From the IMG/VR virus record IMGVR_UViG_3300013883_000004: a DNA stretch of 30,984 nucleotides. One strand, written 5' to 3'. Origin of the DNA: a virus. Of the stretch, positions 1-5,005 are shown piece by piece. Below the pieces are notes generated by a model that saw only the letters and a program-made list of their open reading frames with translations, ran no database searches and had not been told where the DNA came from. The translations under genes were made by a program, and so were the position numbers. Each line of letters opens with the position of its first letter. The first letter of the stretch is position 1.

Positions 1-79
1 AAAATATAAATTAAAATATAAACTGAAATAAAAATGGAAAGTAAAAAAGATATAGAAACTTACGAATGCTTGGTTAATC
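1..79. repeat. Terminal direct repeat, copy 1 (identical to 30906-30984)
   Basis: I compared the two window ends base by base and found a 79/79 match. The repeat cuts through the start of the 34-294 ORF, which fits a circular-assembly overlap. Confidence 0.95.
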
Positions 80-294
80 TTAGAAATATATTGAAAGAAA
101 TTAAACAGATTTCTTGGGATATTAATCAGACCGAGAAGACATTTAACGAGAAAGACATTGAAGAAATAGGGTATGATAAGTTCATTTTGATGTATCTTGG
201 ATATAACGATAGATTACAAGAAGTTGCAAAAGATTTTGAGTCTTTCATTAAAAATGATAAAGTTGTAAAAAGACTAAAAAACAAAGAAGAGTAA
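34..294 (+). CDS. Hypothetical early protein (86 aa)
   Basis: ATG-initiated ORF in the uniformly + stranded gene array. I recognise no motif. Confidence 0.6.
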   Translation: MESKKDIETYECLVNLRNILKEIKQISWDINQTEKTFNEKDIEEIGYDKFILMYLGYNDRLQEVAKDFESFIKNDKVVKRLKNKEE

Positions 295-311
295 TAAATA
301 TTATAGGTTAG

Positions 312-349
312 AGAAAACAGTTGACTTCTCTGGTGGAAGTCTATAATAT
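312..349 (+). promoter_or_regulatory. Sigma70-type early promoter P1 with shared AAAACAGTTGAC box
   Basis: GAAAACAGTTGACT has its -35 TTGACT at 321-326. TAATAT at 344-349 follows a 17-nt spacer; TATAAT at 342-347 would give a 15-nt spacer. The site is intergenic, upstream of the 377 ORF. Confidence 0.6.
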
Positions 350-376
350 ATAATATATTAATATATCAATACCTAA

Positions 377-640
377 ATGGAAGACGAGTTTATCTTACAA
401 CAACTGGAAACTTTCAACTTAAACATAGCAGAAATGGAGGCAACTGAATTGTCAGCCTTTTTGGATTTAGCACGAAATATTAAAGAAAGTGATTATCTTT
501 CTGCTATTGAATATGTTAATACAAGAAAGAAACTATCAGATAAAACAGCATTAGATAAGTTCAAATATCTTTGTGGTTATCTGCAAAGAATTAAAAAAAT
601 ATATCAATATCAAAATAATTATGGAAAAACACACAATTAA
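377..640 (+). CDS. Hypothetical early protein (87 aa)
   Basis: ORF directly downstream of promoter P1, with no recognisable motif. Confidence 0.6.
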   Translation: MEDEFILQQLETFNLNIAEMEATELSAFLDLARNIKESDYLSAIEYVNTRKKLSDKTALDKFKYLCGYLQRIKKIYQYQNNYGKTHN

Positions 641-1403
641 CAAAGGCTGGGTGTCAGTTCATAGGCAATTACTTGATAATCCTATTTCATCTAAACCTAC
701 TTATCTATCAGTCTGGATACACTTACTGCTGATGGCAAATCATAAAGAAACATCTTTCATCTGGAATGGTAAGAAACAAATCGTAAAAGAAGGACAAGTT
801 CTAACAGGACTAAAAAAATTATCAGAAAAAACAGGAATTGCACAAGCCACGATATATAGAATCTTAAAATACCTAGAAAATGAAAAACAAATTGAACAAC
901 AAAAAACTACAAAATATACTTTAATTACAATAGTTAATTGGGATAAGTATCAGAAAAATGAAAAACAAAATGAAAAACAGACGAAAAACAAACGAAAAAC
1001 AAATGAAAAACAAATGAAAACATACAATAATGTAAATAATGTAAATAATGAAGATAATATATCTAAAGATATAGGCAAAAAGCCTAGTTCTTATGGGAAT
1101 GAAGATATAAATACTTGTATTTCATACTTAAAAGAGAGGATAGATGCAGAATTAGATGGTTCAGACAAGGAGAATAGGAGATATTGCTACAATTTACTTA
1201 GAAAACTTAAAAAGCAATATCCTGATACTGAGGCTATTGATAATATGAAGTTATTGATTGATATTGGGTTACAAGATAGATTTCATAGGAAGAACATTAC
1301 TAGTTTCAAATACTTATTTTACAACGCACAAAGAATTATTCAGTCATACAAATCGGATTATGGTATAGGAGAAGCCAATTCAGATATACAAGTTATTAGT
1401 TAA
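621..1403 (+). CDS. Replication initiator / replisome-organizer-like protein with an N-terminal winged-helix domain
   Basis: The N-terminus (GWVSVHRQLLDNP...YLSVWIHLLLMANHKE...GQVLTGLKKLSEKTGIAQATIYRILKYLENEKQI) is the typical phage replication-protein wHTH. I chose the ATG at 621 (MEKHTINKGW) over the track start at 573. A low-complexity linker carries DNA-level iterons. Confidence 0.65.
   Translation: MEKHTINKGWVSVHRQLLDNPISSKPTYLSVWIHLLLMANHKETSFIWNGKKQIVKEGQVLTGLKKLSEKTGIAQATIYRILKYLENEKQIEQQKTTKYTLITIVNWDKYQKNEKQNEKQTKNKRKTNEKQMKTYNNVNNVNNEDNISKDIGKKPSSYGNEDINTCISYLKERIDAELDGSDKENRRYCYNLLRKLKKQYPDTEAIDNMKLLIDIGLQDRFHRKNITSFKYLFYNAQRIIQSYKSDYGIGEANSDIQVIS
957..1022. repeat. Six iteron-like direct repeats, (A/C)(T/C)GAAAAACAA, spaced 12/11/11/11/11 bp; candidate ori
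   Basis: GAAAAACA begins at 960, 972, 983, 994 and 1005, and a degenerate GAAAACA begins at 1016. An 11-bp period is not a multiple of 3, so successive copies are read in different frames (NEKQ/TKNK/RKT/NEKQ/MKT). Confidence 0.6.
1026..1050. repeat. AT-rich 9-bp tandem repeat AATAATGTA x2.8, flanking the iterons
   Basis: AATAATGTA occurs at 1026-1034 and 1035-1043, and AATAATG at 1044-1050. Confidence 0.8.
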
Positions 1404-1422
1404 ATTATTAAAATAAAAAGAT

Positions 1423-1746
1423 ATGAAAATAATAAAATTAAGAGATGGTTCAGCAATATATGTTGATGGAGAAATAAACATAGATATGATTTTAGGAAGT
1501 AATAAAAGGTTTATAAAATTAGGAGATATGATAATTAATAGAGCAGATATAACAGCAGTTGTAAATAAAGAACAGTTTGAGGATATGATGAAATTAAAAA
1601 ACGGAATGGTATTGACATCACAAGGGTGGTTAAGCAGTAAAGAATATCAGAGTAATTCATTTCTTAAAGTTCAAATACCTGAAAGTCTTGTTGTAGATGT
1701 ATCAAAAAACAAATTAGAGGACACAGAAATAAAGAAATTAAAATAA
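1423..1746 (+). CDS. Hypothetical protein (107 aa)
   Basis: ORF preceded by the AAATTATTAAA box at 1402-1412. Confidence 0.6.
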   Translation: MKIIKLRDGSAIYVDGEINIDMILGSNKRFIKLGDMIINRADITAVVNKEQFEDMMKLKNGMVLTSQGWLSSKEYQSNSFLKVQIPESLVVDVSKNKLEDTEIKKLK

Positions 1747-1763
1747 ATTATAAACTTAATAAA

Positions 1764-1994
1764 ATGGGGAAAATAGTAGAGTTAAACGGAGTTCAATATT
1801 TTCATTCACAGGATATGGGGTTTGCTAGAATGGATAGGTTAAAGTTTGCACTAGATAACGGTTTATTAAAAAGAGATGAAGAAAAGAAAGATTACATTTT
1901 AACAATTAAAGCAATTAGAGAATACACTAATTTCTTTCAGTGGTTACAAGGAAATGCTGACAGATTAATTAGTGTTTCAGAAATCTTTAATTAA
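1764..1994 (+). CDS. Hypothetical protein (76 aa)
   Basis: Tightly packed ORF with no recognisable motif. Confidence 0.55.
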   Translation: MGKIVELNGVQYFHSQDMGFARMDRLKFALDNGLLKRDEEKKDYILTIKAIREYTNFFQWLQGNADRLISVSEIFN

Positions 1995-2013
1995 TTTATT
2001 AAAATAAAAATAT

Positions 2014-2241
2014 ATGAAAAAACTATATTACATTGAAGCACAGGAACAAGGGTTCTCTTATTGGGCAGAAACAGAGTATGCAGGAGATTATGAAGTACCG
2101 AAGTTCTATGAGAACAGAGAGAAAGCAGAAGAAAGATGCTATCAATTAAATAAAGAAGAAAAAGAGAAACTGGCTTACTACAAAGTAATTGAAGTAGGTG
2201 CAATAGAGTTTATTAAAAGATACCTGGAAAACCTAGGCTAA
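2014..2241 (+). CDS. Hypothetical protein (75 aa)
   Basis: ORF preceded by the near-copy box AATTTATTAAA at 1993-2003. Confidence 0.55.
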   Translation: MKKLYYIEAQEQGFSYWAETEYAGDYEVPKFYENREKAEERCYQLNKEEKEKLAYYKVIEVGAIEFIKRYLENLG

Positions 2242-2269
2242 ATTAAAATAAATTATTAAACATATAAAT

Positions 2270-2464
2270 ATGAAACAAAAAACAGGTGTATATGGAGTAT
2301 TCAGATATAAAGAGTTTCCTAAAAGAAACGGATTAGATAAACTGGTCTGCAAAACTTACAGTATGAAAGATGCTATAAACATAGCAATTAAATACAATAC
2401 AGACGCCTTATATGCAAGGTTCTATTGGAGAGAAATTGAGCCAACTGAAATAGATATTTTGTAA
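2270..2464 (+). CDS. Hypothetical protein (64 aa)
   Basis: ORF preceded by AAATTATTAAA at 2250-2260. Confidence 0.5.
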   Translation: MKQKTGVYGVFRYKEFPKRNGLDKLVCKTYSMKDAINIAIKYNTDALYARFYWREIEPTEIDIL

Positions 2465-2475
2465 TAATTATTTAA

Positions 2476-2513
2476 TAAAAACAGTTGACATTTATATATA
2501 TTTAATATACAAT
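2476..2513 (+). promoter_or_regulatory. Sigma70-type early promoter P2
   Basis: AAAAACAGTTGACA has its -35 TTGACA at 2485-2490, followed by an exact 17-nt spacer and the -10 TACAAT at 2508-2513. The site is intergenic. Confidence 0.7.
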
Positions 2514-2544
2514 TTAAGTATTAAATTAAATAAATAAAAAATCA

Positions 2545-2880
2545 ATGAAAGACCACAAATATAACTACCAGATTGATGACCACGGGGAAGGGTTCTGTTT
2601 AGAGTTCTTTCCTATAATTGAGTCAAAAGGTATTAGGTATCAGGCGAATGGAGATAAAAAAACTGGGAAGTGGGAAATATTTACAGTAAGAGTTAAAAAT
2701 CCTATGGTCAAAGTTATTAAAACAGTTGACACCTTTGAAGAAGTTTGTGATTTTATGGACAGTTTAGAGGATGTACACCCTTACAGGTTTGGATTTAACT
2801 GCCACAATGCAGAGATAGAAGAAAGACTAGCAAGAAAGGATTTAGCAGGAAAAGTATATAAGTTCAGTGAAAACAAGTAA
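2545..2880 (+). CDS. Hypothetical protein (111 aa)
   Basis: ORF downstream of P2. It contains an internal fourth copy of AAAACAGTTGACA at 2719-2731. Confidence 0.6.
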   Translation: MKDHKYNYQIDDHGEGFCLEFFPIIESKGIRYQANGDKKTGKWEIFTVRVKNPMVKVIKTVDTFEEVCDFMDSLEDVHPYRFGFNCHNAEIEERLARKDLAGKVYKFSENK

Positions 2881-2902
2881 TAACCTATAACAATTATTTT
2901 AA

Positions 2903-2940
2903 CAAAAACAGTTGACAATTGTTTATACCCAATATATAAT
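2903..2940 (+). promoter_or_regulatory. Sigma70-type early promoter P3
   Basis: AAAAACAGTTGACA has its -35 TTGACA at 2912-2917, followed by a 17-nt spacer and the consensus -10 TATAAT at 2935-2940. Confidence 0.75.
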
Positions 2941-2971
2941 TAATTATTAAATTATTAAAATAAAAATAAAA

Positions 2972-3454
2972 ATGAAAGAAGAAATAAAAAAGGATATGAC
3001 ATTAGAAGAAAAACTAAAATATCCTATACCATATAAGTGGAAAATACAAAGTTTCAACAAAGCTGGTACATTAGCAACCTGTGTGGCTTATATTGACGCA
3101 AGAGATGTAATGGATAGACTTGATAGAGCAGTTGGAATAGAGAATTGGCAAGACTCGTATTACAGAGATGCACAGGGAAGATTAGTTTGCAGGTTAGGAC
3201 TAAAAATTAATAATGAATGGGTATACAAAGAAGATACAGGTACAGCTGGGGATTTTGAGGTAGAGAAAAGTGAGTATTCAGATGCTTTTAAGAGAAGTGC
3301 GGTAAAGTGGGGAATTGGAAGATTTTTATATGATTTACCGATTAGGTATGTAAAAGTATTAAACAAAAAACCTGTTGATGATAGAGGATTAGAGATTAAA
3401 GATTTAACCAAGTATTTTAATTTATTAGACAAAAGAAATGTACAGACAAATTAA
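2972..3454 (+). CDS. Rad52/Rad22-family single-strand annealing protein (Sak-like)
   Basis: The hallmark stretches are CVAYIDARDVMDRLDRAVGIENW and SDAFKRSAVKWGIGRFLY. Both are typical of phage Rad52-like recombinases. Confidence 0.8.
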   Translation: MKEEIKKDMTLEEKLKYPIPYKWKIQSFNKAGTLATCVAYIDARDVMDRLDRAVGIENWQDSYYRDAQGRLVCRLGLKINNEWVYKEDTGTAGDFEVEKSEYSDAFKRSAVKWGIGRFLYDLPIRYVKVLNKKPVDDRGLEIKDLTKYFNLLDKRNVQTN

Positions 3455-3632
3455 CGGAGTAAATATAATACATTACAACCCAACGCCAGTACAAAGAATG
3501 TTAACTAAAATAGAAGCAATGAAGATTAAAGAGGAATTAGAAAAGAAACAGAAAGAGCAAAAGTGTAGTAAAGAGCAAAAAGAGAGGATTAAGAAAATAT
3601 GGCAAGGAGTAGTTAAGTCTTTTAACAATTAA
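3438..3632 (+). CDS. Hypothetical lysine/glutamate-rich protein (64 aa)
   Basis: ORF overlapping the previous gene by 17 nt. Confidence 0.5.
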   Translation: MYRQINGVNIIHYNPTPVQRMLTKIEAMKIKEELEKKQKEQKCSKEQKERIKKIWQGVVKSFNN

Positions 3633-3650
3633 ATTATTAAAATAAAAAAT

Positions 3651-3848
3651 ATGTATGTAATAACAGATACAGGTATAGAACAGCATTTTGATTTAGATGA
3701 AATGCTTGTTGAAGATACCAATTGGCTAATTAAACAGGCGGTTTTACAGAAGAAAAAAGATTTTGTAAAAATTGCGAAGCAGATAGATTTAAGACAAGAA
3801 GATTGGGACAGGTTTTGGAAAGGAATAAGAGAGTTTTCTAATAATTAA
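3651..3848 (+). CDS. Hypothetical protein (65 aa)
   Basis: ORF preceded by AAATTATTAAA at 3631-3641. Confidence 0.55.
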   Translation: MYVITDTGIEQHFDLDEMLVEDTNWLIKQAVLQKKKDFVKIAKQIDLRQEDWDRFWKGIREFSNN

Positions 3849-3878
3849 GTTAATAATTAAATTAAGTAAAAATAAAAA

Positions 3879-4100
3879 ATGAATAAAATAAAATATGATG
3901 TACAGAAAGATATAAGAAGTTCAGGAGTTGGTTGGTATGCTTATGTATTAGTAGGACTTGTTACTGCTCTTGTAGGAATTGCAATTGTTGCCCTAGTAAT
4001 GACGGTATTTACCTTGTTAAGCAACAATTACAACAGAGCATTAGATACTTGTATAAGTAAGGGGCATAGCAAAGAGTATTGTATAAGTATATTGAATTAA
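3879..4100 (+). CDS. Small membrane protein (73 aa, one TM helix)
   Basis: The hydrophobic span is WYAYVLVGLVTALVGIAIVALVMTVFTLL. Confidence 0.55.
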   Translation: MNKIKYDVQKDIRSSGVGWYAYVLVGLVTALVGIAIVALVMTVFTLLSNNYNRALDTCISKGHSKEYCISILN

Positions 4101-4123
4101 GTCTAATCTATTAAGAAAGGGGA

Positions 4124-4408
4124 ATGAAGAAAAGTAGAAAAGAAATTCTTATTGAAAATAGAGTAAAGAAGTTTGTCAAAAATTGCAGATGGTTAAACCA
4201 TAAAAATGCTAAACATCTTGTTTATTATTCTTGTGCTTGGGATAGTGAATATGCTCGGGCAGAACACAAGTGTCCACTTACTGGGGAGAAGGCTATGTAC
4301 TTTATACAGCATAAAAGAATGGGGAGAAAAACAGTAATTGAAGGAATAAGCCTAAAAGCAATAAAAATGATTGAAAAAGAGATAGGTTGCTCATTAAAAG
4401 AAGTCTAA
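4124..4408 (+). CDS. Hypothetical protein (94 aa)
   Basis: ORF with the purine-rich AAAGGGGA directly before its ATG. It is the last CDS before the non-coding block. Confidence 0.6.
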   Translation: MKKSRKEILIENRVKKFVKNCRWLNHKNAKHLVYYSCAWDSEYARAEHKCPLTGEKAMYFIQHKRMGRKTVIEGISLKAIKMIEKEIGCSLKEV

Positions 4409-4418
4409 ATAATTATTA

Positions 4419-4630
4419 GTGCGGGGGGTCAACTTACAATACTCGCAAAGTATTGTGAAAGTGGCTTGCTTCTGATAGCGAAGTAGTAGAGATACGAAAG
4501 AGCGATGCAGAGTGCCAATCGGACTAGTGCGACATTTACAAGTGAGAAGTTATCGCTTTGAATTGTAATCTGAGGAGTGCACATTACTCAGCTTACTAGG
4601 ATAGGGTTTGCCACATATCACCCCCGTGCC
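4419..4630 (+). ncRNA. Unclassified structured RNA of about 210 nt (second Y RNA-like candidate or a novel RNA)
   Basis: There is no ORF here and the GC is about 47% by hand count of 4421-4520. A 9-bp closing helix pairs GUGCGGGGG (4419-4427) with CCCCCGUGC (4621-4629). Internal helices are 4436-4443/4449-4456, 4461-4465/4610-4614, 4467-4472/4480-4485, 4501-4506/4552-4557 and 4570-4574/4587-4591. Confidence 0.5.
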
Positions 4631-4691
4631 AGTAGTTATTTAATTGGTTAATTTAATAAGAAAAAGAATTAGTTCTTTAACAATATAAGTT

Positions 4692-4908
4692 CGCCACTTG
4701 TTCAGTAGGGTTAAATTACGGATACTTCAATGGCAATGAAAACTACCGTAGTTATTTATCCCTACCTCAGGGGGTGCGATATAACAGTTACTTCTCCTAT
4801 AAAGAAGAGGTCGCTGGTTCGAGTCCAGCCTTACCATATGGTAAGTAGCTCAGTTGGATAGAGCGCTATATACTGTTATTAATTATCGCCCCTACTGAAT
4901 GGGTGGTG
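4692..4908 (+). ncRNA. YrlA-type Y RNA-like transcript with an embedded tRNA-like domain
   Basis: The terminal helix pairs TTCAGTAGGG (4701-4710) with CCCTACTGAA (4890-4899) and CGCCAC (4692-4697) with GTGGTG (4903-4908) across a 3x3 internal loop. Inner helices are 4776-4780/4885-4889 and 4781-4788/4872-4879. These enclose a permuted tRNA cloverleaf. The RNA lies directly upstream of a Ro60 orthologue on the same strand. Confidence 0.7.
4791..4865 (+). ncRNA. Circularly permuted tRNA-like module
   Basis: The elements read, in order: CTTCT-CCTATAA-AGAAG hairpin (4791-4807); AGGTC (4808-4812); T-arm GCTGG-TTCGAGT-CCAGC (4813-4829); acceptor strands CTTACCA (4830-4836) and TGGTAAG (4839-4845) joined into a hairpin; TA (4846-4847); D-arm GCTC-AGTTGGATA-GAGC (4848-4864); G4865. 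Confidence 0.8.
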
Positions 4909-4911
4909 ATA

Positions 4912-4971
4912 GGTACAGATACTTCAAATTGCATTTTGAGCAAGTCTGTGATGCTCGGACATCTCTGTACC
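4912..4971 (+). other. Stem-loop element 3' of the Y RNA-like transcript (3' module or processing/termination hairpin)
   Basis: GGTACAGA (4912-4919) pairs with TCTGTACC (4964-4971). An inner hairpin pairs GAGCA (4938-4942) with TGCTC (4951-4955). A T-rich tract, CCCCTTTAATTTTT, lies about 10 nt downstream. Confidence 0.45.
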
Positions 4972-5005
4972 TGCCTTGCCCCTTTAATTTTTAATTATTA
5001 AATCT

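Noticed and set aside
1-79. The 79-bp end repeat as a biological direct terminal repeat or an att-type site
   Set aside because: It interrupts an ORF, and its length is typical of a de Bruijn assembly overlap. A circular-assembly artefact is more parsimonious, but this cannot be excluded without reads.
573-620. Upstream in-frame extensions given in the track (573 for the replication protein, 7545 for the DUF4190-like protein, 20146 for the tape measure, 8835 for the nuclease, 8675 and 7817 as TTG starts)
   Set aside because: The extensions overlap the preceding genes or begin at non-ATG codons. Internal ATGs give natural N-termini (MEKHTINKGW, MEKETKK, MAKETVEEL, MSVMSEDRK, MKKMFNG, MECRMSR). 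These start choices remain uncertain.
957-1022. The short direct repeats as a possible CRISPR array
   Set aside because: The period is only 11-12 bp with no spacers, the repeats lie inside an ORF, and no cas genes are present. An iteron interpretation fits better.
2719-2755. The internal AAAACAGTTGACA copy as a fourth bona fide promoter
   Set aside because: It lies inside a CDS, and the best -10 candidates at 17-18 nt spacing are GATTTT or ATTTTA. I kept it only as a motif observation in the findings.
4839-4915. A conventional tRNA gene beginning at TGGTAAGTAGCTCAGTTGGATAGAGCG
   Set aside because: After the D-arm there is no anticodon arm or T-arm downstream, because CTATA-TACTGTT-ATTAA does not pair. 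The T-arm lies upstream, at 4813-4829. The elements therefore form a permuted tRNA-like module and not a canonical tRNA gene.
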